A stretch of 63,015 bases of DNA, filler included, from Asterionella formosa (GCA_002256025.1; 20 parts of 20 records of this genome joined end to end with filler, not necessarily neighbours in it), one strand, 5' to 3'; shown: positions 12,662 through 25,505, counted from the whole stretch's first letter. Notes: generated by a model not told the origin, from the sequence alone. A program made the numbers and translations.

Positions 12662-13270
12662 GCCGTGACTGAATTTGACTGATTTTACTTAGGGGGGCCC
12701 AGGACAATGAAGAGATTTCCCTTATAATGGACATAAGTAAATTTCTTTAGTTCTACAGGATAGCCCACATTTTTCTAAGATGTATTAATATTACAATTAT
12801 TTTCGTCAAGTGAAAAATGAGAAGAGTTCTTCACCTCGCAAGAAAAACGCGACTTCATGTTGTTATCGGCGATCTCAATTTTCGTTGTCATTATTAGTGT
12901 TATTACTTTACTTCTTTTACGATTGTATTTTCCGTGTCGTTCTTAATACAGGTAGCAAGTAGCAAAGCGTCGTTCTCTATTTTCGTGGAGATAATTCGTA
13001 TTTTCGTCATGGTCAAGGTTGCGACAACATCATGAAGGATTCTCCAGCTGCTCACAGCCACTACCTGTCGTCTCTTGTGTTTTGTATGTACAAAAGAATC
13101 GCAAAATGGTAGCTAAATTATTACATACTAGTGCCTACGAGGACAAAAAGAATCATGGCACGTTACTTTGTCTATGACAAGAAAATGATTGGGTGTTTGG
13201 TTCCACCTCGAGAAAAATGTACAGGGGGGTCCAGCAACCATAGGGGGGTCCAGGACAATGAAGTATACGG
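12662..13270 (+). mobile_element. pogo/Tc1-mariner-like MITE, body and right TIR
   Basis: 13243-13270 is the perfect 28-nt reverse complement of 15598-15625. Confidence 0.8.
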
Positions 13271-15597
13271 GTACACTGCCTTGTATAGAGTGGGTAATAC
13301 CATCACCTCTAATAGTTTTGTCATGGAATGAAATCCCTTGTTGTCGTACCTCCCCAGTTTTCTTGTAATATGCATATTAGCATGCAAACCATTCTACTAC
13401 TAGTAGATAAAATAGTTAATAACAATTGAGGTACTAGTAAACAAGCAATGTAAATACTTAAGAGATTTAAAATTTAAAAGAAATTATCTAAACACACAGT
13501 AGTGAATGCCCGCCAGTGCAACAATCTTGTATCAGATGCAAGAGTTTGTATGTCACTATTTTGTCTTGGCTATATGGCTCATAAATTCGGTCTATTGCTG
13601 CCTGTGTTTGCAGGAGTACAGCCAGCACGAAATAGCATTGCCACTGTCTCCCACAGAATTTTGCAGTTCACTCTACTCCTTTCAACCCTTGTAAATAGCC
13701 CTTCTGGCTTTTGCCCTCCAATCCCAACCTCCCATTCCTGTGAAAGAACAACTAATGTCTTTTTGGTGTCTTACTACTATTGTAGTCTGGATCAACAGCC
13801 ATTTTGCTTTCGAAATCGTTTTATTTTGGGTTAAAGTACTGAAAGACTATTTAGTTTTAAGCAAATGATGGACTCAACTTTAAGCAAGACAACTTGAAGC
13901 AATATTTTGCTTAAACTGTGTAGACAAGCATGCACAGTCCTGAATTCATATGTACATGGCTGTATGTGTCAATACAGAAGGAAAGAGATTTACCAGCATT
14001 GGTCTACCTGTATGTCAACAATGTGTTGGTAATAACAGTGCATCGCAATGTGTAGCATTATTTCATAATGTTGTTCTGCACTCCTGTATGCACTCACCTG
14101 TATGCTGCTGCATTAAGGGGCTGCCAAACATTAACTATAGGGTATCACTAATAGTTTTGACAGCATACTTCACGTTTGTCAGCTTTTACCAATATATAAA
14201 TTGCCAATTCGTAATCAATCAATGATCAGTAGATAAATAACTTATTTAGCATCTGTTGCTCCAATTATTCATGTTATCGACGTAGTTGTAGTCTTATTTG
14301 TTGTGTAACTACTGTAAAAGTGTCAAAGCTTCTCGTAACAGCCATCATGTCATTTTAAAAATCGTGCATCACTGATTTACATGAAAAAATGTGCTTCAAT
14401 TTTCGTTGTCAATATTTAGTGTAATCAGCATAATTGTTTTGATTGCATTGTCGATGATGTCGTGATTGTACGTAGAAAATAGCAAAGCGTCGTTCTGATT
14501 TTTCGTTAAGTTATGTCATGGTCAAGGCTGGGACAACATTATGCAAAATTCGCTCTCCAGCCGTTCAGAATGACTAGTTCGGGGGGGCCCCCCCCTAAAT
14601 AATTACATTCTAGTGCCTATGTGGGCTACCTCCGGTACCCTGTACATGCATCCATCAAAAGGTGTATGATATACTATTGCATGTTTCATGGGCAATATAT
14701 TCCTTACTTCACCTTGTTTACCGGTATGCTGTATTATTAACTACAGTGTTATGTAGGTATTTGGCTGTGATGGCATTTGGGTTGAAATGATGACATCACA
14801 CATTAAGGGAAATCGATACTTCAAGCAAAGCGGTCAAACATTGTTAAGCAAATCCTAGCTATCATGGTACCAACTGGCAGAATAAGTAAAAAGATAGGTC
14901 TCAAAATTGTTGTAGGCTAAATCAGATTAAAGTTACATTTAATTCCAAACAACCAGGCGGTGGGGTGGTTTATTAAATGAAATGAAAAATCATAAGAGAT
15001 TCACATGAATCAATTTGGAATTGGAATCACTATTGCTGGCATGATGACGTGTGTAGCACTAAGATATGGATCATACTGTTCGTATAGCAAAATTACCGCA
15101 AATTGCCGGAAAGCGGACTACTGGGTACCTGGTACTGGTACCTGGTACCACCATCTTCACCATTATCACGCACATCCCGGACTTTCTACTTTCTACGACT
15201 AATCAGATTTGATTTTTCAACCGAAAAGGGAGTACAAAATCAACCGTCAATGCAACCGGGTTGATTTTTTCTTTGTTATACAATACTGTATTTTCTCGTG
15301 ATCAAGTACCAGGTACGGAAAAATACCGTGAAGGTATTTTACCATCCACAGTAGAACGATACTTGAGGCCTACAGAAAAATATGACTTGGGTTGATTTTT
15401 ACAAGTAATACCCTGGTACCTAATCTGGTGCTTCGGTGGTACCATACTGATTTTTATTATGCCTACACACAGCGGCATAGATACAATATAATGTATAAAC
15501 ACGAATGATGGGTACATGTTGGCATACTCCTGATTTATACATGTGTTTTGGCATTGAGCAGAATAATCTCTACATACAGCAACGGCGATATAGTATA

Positions 15598-15722
15598 CCG
15601 TATACTTCATTGTCCTGGACCCCCCAATGTACACTGCCGTGACTGAATTTGACTGATTTTACTTAAGGGGGGCCCAGGACAATGAAGAGATTTCCCTTAT
15701 AATGGACCTAAGTAAATTTCTT
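15598..15722 (+). mobile_element. Left end of the same MITE family (TA + CCGTATACTTCATTGTCCTGGACCCCCC)
   Basis: Preceded by TA. 15637-15722 repeats the contig start at 12662-12747. Confidence 0.8.
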
Positions 15723-16720
15723 NNNNNNNNNNNNNNNNNNNNNNNNNNNNNNNNNNNNNNNNNNNNTTAATTAATTAANNNNNNNNNNNNNNNNNNNNNN
15801 NNNNNNNNNNNNNNNNNNNNNNCCTTCATTATTAGTATTCATGTTAATGTTGTACCAACTGCGAAGCAAATACATGTTAGTCATATTATTTTTATGCAAC
15901 AACATGCAGTTCCATTCTATTTTCACTTACCATGAATAGATGTATTCCGTCACACAGGTTTTCCCATCACAATGTGTCCAACGATCCATTTCGATTGTTC
16001 ACTGTATTAACTAATGGGAAGGAATTGTGTGTTAGGCTTGTCTTGTCTAGCTTTTAATACAACAGGCAGTTCCAATAATGATGGTATGGTCATTTACCGC
16101 AACAATGATACAAATCCATGTTCAGTTTCCACATTCCTCAATAAATTGTGAAGACATTGATGTTCAGAACTTCCCTATAATCTTTGTATACAATTACCCT
16201 GATAGATATAAAAGGATGTGTTACTTATGTTCTAACGGGTGATTCTTGTGAGCATTGATCCAACGACAGTACTTACCGCAACCGTCATTGAATTTGTCCC
16301 CGAAAGTATGCATATACAGGTAAGCAAATAAACACTTGAAGAGAATGCACGCATTGAGTTACTGTCAACCCAACAATTGAATATTCTGAGATATTCACCA
16401 TGTACACACGAGTCCCAATATAATTGAGCCAACCATATATGTATTTATTTACTTCTATGTTTGAATATTTCAAACACGCGTGTACAGGTACTGTCGTACA
16501 CATAGATCTGAATATCATCAATTTTACCGATACTTAATTTTAATTTATTCAATATTGTATGATTTCATTTGTTTTGAACTTAGTCTGTAAAAATTTCAGT
16601 AAGTGATATTAGAATATAAACAATGCTGTATGAGTTCATTATTTACCACGACCTAATATAAAGTATAAATATAGGTTGTACGACAATCCGGTATGGAGTA
16701 ATAGTTAATAATATTATTAA

Positions 16721-17931
16721 GGTTGCTGCATTTGAACCCCTAGCTCGAGGTAGAGTTTATAAAATAATATTGAGTCAGACTAATCAAACACATACTCTCC
16801 ACAAATAAATCAAATATGTATAACGCTCAACGGAGCTTTCACCAATACACACCCTTTCCATATGCTTACATACAGTCTTCGGACAAAGTAGGGGTGTAGG
16901 TCCACTCTATATATCGTCAGTATATAGGATCTGGTCAGAAACTGCAGAAAGGAACTTCGGTTTTTTAACTATGCTAAAAAGACTCCAAAAATCGGGGGAA
17001 ATCTGTTTATTTGGGCATAGTAAAAAAACCGAAGTTCCTTTCTGCAGTTTCTCGCCAGAAGTTTTATACTGATGCTATTTGAAAGTTACAGATGTATCTA
17101 AATCGCCGTCAGACCCAGCCAACGTTTAGCTATCGTCGTCCAAAAACTCGACAAAATCGGCCTTTTCTACGGTCGCCAAAATATCGGAATCAGAATTATT
17201 ATGTGCCGAAACGTCATCATCGGAATTGTAGTCGTGTGCCGTAATTTTTAGTCCTAAAATCTCCTATCCAAAAAATTCCATTGTAAGTGCCCGCTTCCAC
17301 ATATATAATATGATTGGTGAACGTGAATTACATTCCTCTGTTTGATTGGCCTGGTTTGCGAGGTCTTGCAAACCCACGCCGGCCACATTGGATAAACATG
17401 TAACATTTTCTTGGGTGTTCTGACAGTCCGGTACTATATTCACGACGGGTACCAGTTCATGATTATCATTGGACATACGCGTACCGCTCCTTGAGTGCAC
17501 TTTCAAATATTTGCCGAGCCGCCGGGTCATATACATGACCCATAGTTGTCGATCGGAGTATAGATTGTAGTACTGGTGTATGCACATGAAGCGATGTAGA
17601 ACCTAAATATATATATATATATAACGATTTGAATATGTCGAACGGATTCAATGCATAGCATATAAAATCGTTAATCGGAGTATAGAGTGTCCATGCAGAC
17701 ATGTTGATCGTATTTTTAGCGTATATATACATTCAGCGACTAAGAGTGTTTATATATATTTAGCGATTTTGACAAGGAATCTATGTACGTATTCGCAAAT
17801 TTCCACTGATTTAAATATTTCAAATGGAATCACGTCATTCAAAAATAGCTAATTAAATTCTTAATTCCAGGGAATTTTCGCAACCCTAAGCAATATTTTA
17901 ATATTTGCCTAGGGGTTCAAATGCAGCAACC
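16721..17931. mobile_element. Complete non-autonomous DNA transposon with 23-bp perfect TIRs and TTAA TSD (Kolobok-like)
   Basis: TTAA-GGTTGCTGCATTTGAACCCCTAG ... CTAGGGGTTCAAATGCAGCAACC-TTAA. RR...YY termini with TTAA are characteristic of Kolobok. Confidence 0.88.
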
Positions 17932-18437
17932 TTAAGCCCCATCATGGATGTGACATATATGTAAAAAAGTGTAAGGGTTAGAATGCGAAGTATGAATATG
18001 TACTGCGGTTGTACAAAATTTGGCGTAAAATGATCTTACAAATTAGTTGTTTATGATCTTAATTCTAGTGTTTGTGTTATCGTGGTGTACAGTAATACAT
18101 TTTAAAGCATGCATTTTTGTAAACAGGGCCCTACTTCATCTACATCTATCATGTTCACAAGTAAGGACTGCCAGGAGTACGTAGTAACAAGCAAGGTACC
18201 GGTTGTTATGAACAACTGTTTGCATCTTGTTGAAGGACATGATATGATGATGCACGTATCTGGAGGTATGATATTTTTCACTTGTGTACATATATATATA
18301 TATAGGCACATATTCAAGTAACTGGTATGCAGCCTCCCTCACCATGGAGGGCGATTATATTTACAGCTACACCATCAAATGAGTCCGTTTCAGTGCCATA
18401 GCGGGTACACAGTATACAACATGCTACAAGCAGATGA

Positions 18438-18880
18438 ATAGACCAAAATGACCAAGATCCACCCAACAGCATCAGTAAATTGAGTAAGGCTATTGACGAT
18501 GTCCACGCATCCAAATAAGATCCAGACAGACCGTTTCCGTCCCACCGTACCTGTTCAGTACATACTGAACAACAAGCAGATGAAAGAAGCACAAGAATTG
18601 ACAAGAAACACATGGAGATAGACCAAAATGACCAAGATCCACCCAACAGCATCAGTAAATTGAGTAAGGCTATTGACAATGTCCACGCATTCAAATCAGA
18701 TCCAGACAGACCGTTTCCGTCCCACCTTACCTGTTCAGTACATACGGAAAAACAAACAGATGAAAGAAGCACAAGAATTGACAAGAAACACATGGAGATA
18801 GACCAAAATGACCAAGATCCACCCAACAGCATCAGTAAATTGAGTAAGGCTATTGACGATGTCCACGCATCCAAATCAGA
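18438..18880 (+). repeat. 180-nt tandem repeat, ~2.5 copies, truncated; possible 60-aa coding repeat
   Basis: ATAGACCAAAATGACCAAGATCC recurs every 180 nt. The frame is open in the later units; the first unit has a TAA stop. Confidence 0.93.
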
Positions 18881-18981
18881 NNNNNNNNNNNNNNNNNNNN
18901 NNNNNNNNNNNNNNNNNNNNNNNNTTAATTAATTAANNNNNNNNNNNNNNNNNNNNNNNNNNNNNNNNNNNNNNNNNNNNC

Positions 18982-21324
18982 GAAGTCGACGTAGCCAAAG
19001 TTTGCGAAAGCAGAGCAGCTCCCGGAAAAATCAGTGTAAGCGCATCACATCCTAACTCCTTTAAATCGATCATCCCTCCGCTATCAGCAGGTGTACTCCA
19101 GTACATCTCTTCCAAGGGCTTCCACAACATGACGCCAGTGCAAGCCGCCACTCTCCCTCTCTTTCTCACCAACAAGGATGTCGCCGTTCAAGCAGTTACT
19201 GGATCTGGAAAGACTTTGGGATTTTTGATTCCAATGGTGGAGATGATCCTGCGTCGTACTACGTTACTTAAAAACCGACAAATTGGAGGACTAGTGCTGA
19301 GTCCTACACGCGAGCTGGCTAGACAGACGTACACAGTTGCCAAAGAACTCTGTCAGTATGCGAGTTTACCTCAACCGCTCTTGCTGGTGGGTGGAACGGC
19401 AGTTGCTGATGACCTTGCAACATTTCAATCTTTGAAAAGTGATATAATGATCGGCACACCTGGTCGGATAGAAGACATTTTCACTCGATTTGATGTCATT
19501 GACTTGACTGACCTTGAGTGTTTGATCTTAGACGAAGCCGACGTGCTGCTGGATATGGGTTTTGACATGACTCTAACCAGCATTATGAGCAAACTTCCAA
19601 AAATGAGACGAACAGGCTTGTTCAGTGCAACAGGAACGGCGCTGGGCGGGAGTGGAGCCGGCAGTCGTGGAATCAAGGAACTAATGGCCCGCGCGGGAAT
19701 GCGAAACCCGGTCTGGGTCAATGTAGCCATTGCGGCTACTGGTTCTAAGAGCAATGAAAAATCATTAAAACAAGTACAAGAGCAAGCGACACCAACTTCC
19801 CTGACAAACTACTATGTCGTGTCGCGGATAGAGGAGCGACTATCGAGGTTAGTGGCCTTTTTAAAGCAACACAAAGAGGAAAAGATAATTGTTTTTTTCT
19901 TGACTTGTGCCTGCGTCGAGTTTTTCGGGACCACTTTGCAAAAAATTTTGGAACCGCAGTACGTGGAGCTTCTTCATGGAAAATTGGTTCAGAAGCGACG
20001 AGAGAAAGCCATGGAGCGATTTCGGGAATATGAGAATGGTGGAGTGCTCTTATGCACGGACGTTGCAGCTCGTGGTCTCGACGTGTCTGATGTCAGTTGG
20101 GTAGTTCAGTATGATGCGCCGCAAGATCCTGCTTCTTTTGTGCACCGAGTTGGGAGATCAGCTCGTGCTGGTCGCGTTGGGTCGAGCTTACTTTTCTTGA
20201 CCGAAAAGGAGGAAGCATATATAAACCTTCTGAGGAAACGAAAGGTTCCGCTTTCTCCTCTGCCTGAAACCGAAGATTGTGTTCCTCCAAATTTTGAGTT
20301 GGATACCAGAATATTAGAAACAACTCATGAAACACAAAACAAAGGAGAAAACGAAGATCACAGCAGAGTCATTCTCAGCGCTGCACACCCCAACACACCA
20401 ATTCCTGATGTATTGCATGATGTTCTCAAGTTGGTTTTGAAGGACAGAGATATTTTGGAAAAGGGAACCAAGGCCTTTACTTCCTATATTCGAGCTTACA
20501 AAGAGCACCATTGTGCGTTCATCTTTCGGTAAGTGCCCTTACTGTTAAACGTATCCTTCCATGCAAAGGGCGGGCTTGATGCCAACAACTTACGACTTGG
20601 AGTAAGCAGACTAAAATGGTCTCGCTTCAGGATGCTATAGTTTTTGGATTGTCACCGTCGCATGCAAAAGCATACCTTTTGGGGGAGAACACAGTAGGTC
20701 TCCTTGGTCCCAATTCTCTTCTTTACCTCTAACGATGGAATGGATAGAAACCCAGTGACCAGACAATCATTTTTTCCAAAAACCACTCACGCTGTTATGA
20801 TAACCCTTCAATGTGATAGGTTTGCTTCGTTGGATCTTGGCTCGTTGGCTACATCCTTTTGCTTGTTGCGTCTACCGAAGATGCCAGAGCTTCGGGACAA
20901 ATCTGGAAGACCAAAGACTCTAACTACTTTCAAAGGTATTGGACCAGAGGTCTCCATTCATTCTATCCCTTTCAAAGACAAAGTTCGCGAGAAAGCTCGA
21001 CAAACGAGACTCGAAGCGGAGCTTGCTGCTGGCGGCAAAAATGCTAAGCAAATCAAGGCAGAACAGAAAACAGCAGAACGCCTACAAAAAGGGAAGGAAA
21101 AAAAGCAAGCGGAGATCGCTAAGGGTCGAAATCCGAATAAGAAGCGTGGACGCCAAGCTCAAATATTTGATGAGTGGGATGCTCTTGCAAAAGAAGAGCG
21201 GCTTCACAAGAAGATGCGAAGTGGAAAGATAACAAAGGAACAGTTCAAAGAGCAGATGTATGGCAAAACTGGCCATGACGGCGCAGTGAATGAAAATGAT
21301 TATTTGGGCAGTGACTCAGAGTAA
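18982..21324 (+). CDS. DDX55: DEAD-box RNA helicase DDX55/Spb4; exons <18982-20528 and 20820-21324, 5'-truncated
   Basis: Q motif GFHNMTPVQ, AVTGSGKT, SPTRELA, DEAD, RRTGLFSAT, HRVGRSARAG, AFTSYIRAYKEH. A GT-AG intron at 20529-20819 restores IFR-FASLDLG...LLRLPKMPEL. Confidence 0.95.
20545..20768 (+). ncRNA. Candidate intronic box H/ACA snoRNA
   Basis: Hairpin closed by TGGTC/GACCA, ACA at 20763-20765, upstream ANANNA candidates, and AACCCAGT starting 14 nt before ACA. The 5' boundary is a guess. Confidence 0.3.
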
Positions 21325-22525
21325 ATCTTCTCAAATTCATCTTTATGCAAATCTTCACTTGCAGCCATGTACAAGGACTCAAAGTTAGTGCCTTTTCCCT
21401 CACTTTTGTCAAGTGGATCGATAGATGTGACATTGTCATTATCGTTCACTTCCTTTTCACGTCCAATGGTGAAGCTTTTTTCCTGAATCGCCTCCCTTTA
21501 CATGATGCAACGATAGGAACAACAAGGTCGTTCCTTAACTTTACATGATCATTAGTTTCCGATACAAATATTTTTCTTGGATGGAGAAATCGCTTCTTGC
21601 ACTGACATGCTGTGGAGTTGAAATAACAACCTACCTGTCGTTGAGCCTTTTGTGATTTTGCAATGTATACTGAAGACTTAGTTTCACGGGTTGCAATGAG
21701 AAAATATGGAAGGATGTTTACATTGTTGCAGTTACAGACCCAATGACTATTTAACTGCAACTAGAAGGTCACTTCTGCCTCTCAAATAAAGGCATTGTTA
21801 TAATACTCCAGCCTATAATTTGCTCTGTGATCATTCCATTGGTAGTGCAACATGATATCAATTGAGTATCAGGTAGCAAGATGACAAGTTATACACATCG
21901 AGATTGTTGTTGCATGATGTACGTGAATTCAAACAATATCTAGTGGAATTCATTGCTTGCCATTCAAATGTTGTTGTTGCTTTTCATCGTCATGGCCAAC
22001 GAAAAATTAACGCTTGAGTCAGAGCTAAACTTGTTAANNNNNNNNNNNNNNNNNNNNNNNNNNNNNNNNNNNNNNNNNNNNTTAATTAATTAANNNNNNN
22101 NNNNNNNNNNNNNNNNNNNNNNNNNNNNNNNNNNNNNTGTCTCTGCTTCTAGCCTTCCTGCTAGATAGACTAATTGACCTTCCTGTCAATTAACACACTG
22201 TTTCCTCGGTTGATAATCTAAATCTCAAATTAAATTATAAGCTAAACTAAATGTTTCCTTTCCATGCATCTTTGCTTCCTGCAAAGTCATTCTAAGACTC
22301 TCTTCGAGTTTCCACTTAACATTTCCATAGAAATCTTCAATCTCTGATCTCGTTAGACAGCTGATTGACGTGGCAATGCAATATTCGACTCGTTCGATTA
22401 CAATCGAGTCCACAATCCTTGTGACTCGGGCTAATATTCTTGACAGACATCATCATGCATTGTCCCCTGATGATGTTTGTACTGGACCAGCACATGGTTC
22501 CAACATTGCTTTGATACTCCACTTA

Positions 22526-22710
22526 GGGCCGTTCTTATCATTTTTTTTCGTGTATCACGGAATTTGAATTTTTTTGAAAATGTATCAGCAACAGTAACTC
22601 GATTTGAACTGAATTTCATTCATTCCAAAAGTGACAATGTATCACTAATTTGTATCACAGTGTATCATGGAGTAACAAGGATTGTCAACGGTGACAGGCC
22701 AGCTACGAGC
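22526..22710 (+). mobile_element. PIF/Harbinger-like terminus, homologous to 330-490
   Basis: TTA-GGGCCGTTCTTATCATTTT followed by repeated GTATCA subterminal motifs shared with the first contig. Confidence 0.5.
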
Positions 22711-25294
22711 ATCTAGATATATATGAGCAGTAATATGCATATGCGTAGCTTAAATAAAAATAACAACCGGAATAAAATAACAAATATCATACTTGTATCA
22801 TCTTACGGAGCCTGTGCGGTACATGCTACTAGCCCCTGGTACCAGGTATTGAGAGACTCGTCAACACATTGACCATGTCGATAATCAGCTATTTCTCCAT
22901 CAAAATGGCAAAGGAGTCGCTGCGCTTTTGCGGTCTAAGATATCATTGTACGAACGATGCAATAGAAAAGGAAATATAGATATAGCTTTACAATTGCATA
23001 AGAAATTACGAATCAACAATGTAGAAGAGGAACATTCGTCATTTTATATGATTGCAAACAGAACTATTGATTTGTTACAGCAACGACTAAAGCTATGAGG
23101 TGCTGGCTGCCAGCAAGCAAGCAAGCAAGCGTTAGGGTCTACAGGATCTCCTTCATTTTAGAAGCGTTATAGAATTTATCAGCAATATTCAAATGGATAA
23201 TCAAAGGAGACGACGAGGAATGGCATCAGATTCAACAATTGGCTAATCAAACAATAATCAACCTAACAAACTCAGTGGAATGAAAAACAATACTTAGATC
23301 TAATTGTCTAGCACTTGCAGTTACTATAAGAACCTTTTTCCATTTGTGATAGTCGATCTTTTTGGTGGTGAAACCAACATTGTGGAAGCGATGGATAGGT
23401 TACTGTTACTATTTAGATAGACAAAAATGATGCTGGTCGAGGGGGGGGGGGGGAGAAGGTAGAGAAATGTATTACCTATTAATTATTAAAAATAATATTT
23501 TAGTATAGAAAGCAAGGGATGGATGAGCTAAATTAATTTGCATCCTTTCAGTACAAGGCTTCTACTGCTGCGCGTTCCAAGTAGGGACATACCAGAGCAA
23601 ATGTTTGTATCTGCACACGACAAGTGTTACATGCGTTAATAAAATGCTGATGGCGACAGATATACTTAACTGCAAGCCATCGTACCAACTAACCTACCCA
23701 ATGGAACAGTTGTGTACTATACCTCATCTAAGCCGCTTATTACGTGAAGTGACCTTGACGTAAATAAGCCTACCGGTAGTTGATTTTGATTGAATCACAT
23801 GAATTAGTTGAATAAATCAAAATGCGTATTTGAATATATCAACTATATTATTTGAATACATCACCTTAATTATTTGATCAGAGTAACATGCATGCATTCC
23901 TAATCATCACTATATTACGTGATCATCTTCATGTGATTATTTGAAATACTTCATGTAAATCTGTGATTTAGTTCATGTAAGTAAGTTTTATTCACATAAT
24001 TCTGTACTATAGTTCACATATCCTAACAATTCTGTTCACGTAATTTTATTATACAGTTCACATAACACAATAATGATTCTGTCCACGTAATTCATTAATT
24101 TAGTCCACGTAATTTTCCAAAGTTCATTGCACTAATTATCTGAAGGGTCGTTGAACTATTTATCTGAAGGCTGTCCAACTAATTTAAAAATTCTATGCAA
24201 TAATGTAGGTGACTAATTCAACTATTTCACTCTTCGTGGGAAACCAATCTTGACATGCAATCAAGGCTGTGCTTTCAGAATAATGGAATCTTCAGTTCTA
24301 AAAAAGGCAGACATTATGGGACATCTGTATGGACAATGCAAGCAGAGAAGCTCTTCATGCAGAAAGGAACAATTTTCAATCTTGAACAGGCATCATTATG
24401 CGTCATTGCAACAGGAATGACCAACATTGGTTTCCTTCTTATCTGTGCAATGCCTTCTTCATTGACCAGCAGAGATTTTCGTAGCACCAACATTGCTTGA
24501 TTCATTAATTAATTCGATAGAACTAGCTACAACAGAAAGCAACACACACACACATGTGCCGTTCAAGAAACCAGGAACACACCAGCATCAGTCAGACTGC
24601 ACCAAACTTCACTCCTGTGTTCAAACGAACGATCCTATCCTGAAATGGCCTTCTAAAAAGTCGAGTAAATGTAGAGAACAATAAGAAGATATCAGTGTGA
24701 GTTATTGCCCCCTTTGCTGATATGATGAGAAAAACTTAGATAATTAATCTTACCTTGTTAAAAGCCTCCATTTGTGGATCACCATGTGGCATGTATCACT
24801 CCTGCTTTTAAAAGAAGACTCCTTTCGTGAAAAGGCCTGTTCGAATGTCAAATGAATGTAGAGAACAACAGCATACCTCTATAATTTATAGCTCGCTTGT
24901 TGATATGATAACAAAAATAAGAGTATTCACCATGCAAGTTTTATGAGTTCATTATGGTACTAGGTAGTAAACTTTAAAGCGGTATTTGTGTGTATATTTA
25001 GACTACATACCAATAGTCTACCTAGTAATATCCGAGAAAAAATCCATCTTGTGCACATTTCGAATCGCCTTGTTTCCGCAAAACACAATTCATTAGAATA
25101 GGCAACGGATAGCTTTCAACTTTATGACTCTATCATCATTCAACAACACTTCCAAGCCCTCTTGTTTCAGCCTGTATTGTTTCCATTGACGTTGNNNNNN
25201 NNNNNNNNNNNNNNNNNNNNNNNNNNNNNNNNNNNNNNTTAATTAATTAANNNNNNNNNNNNNNNNNNNNNNNNNNNNNNNNNNNNNNNNNNNN

Positions 25295-25505
25295 CAGACG
25301 CTTGCGCCAATACCTTGATCAACACGCGAGCACAAGCCTTTGCTTCGTCTCCTTTGGCGAGCGTGTATTCTATTGGATTATCTTCGGCAGCTCGTAAAGT
25401 TGCTTTTTCGGGAGCGGTTAGACGAAGTTTGTCGAGTTGACAGTTCTGAATGTCTACAAAGGCAGCCGACACTGGTGACGGAGCTAGTACCGCTGGAGGA
25501 GACAT
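25295..25505 (-). CDS. N-terminus of a host protein, possibly V-type ATPase subunit H; truncated by the contig edge
   Basis: Coding-like GC-rich ORF MSPPAV...AEDNPIEYTL...ARVLIKVLAQAS. The resemblance to stramenopile V-ATPase H is from recall only. Confidence 0.45.

Noticed and set aside
17264..17587. Similar short ORFs in three contigs (also 38475-38872 and 61875-62323)
   Set aside because: Internal sequence of the non-autonomous element; frames and stops are not conserved between copies.
4868..18880. CRISPR-like arrays
   Set aside because: The repeats are head-to-tail without unique spacers, there are no cas genes, and the context is eukaryotic.
20704..20819. Independent start for the 206-aa ORF
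   Set aside because: The first part is intron; the remainder is exon 2 of DDX55.
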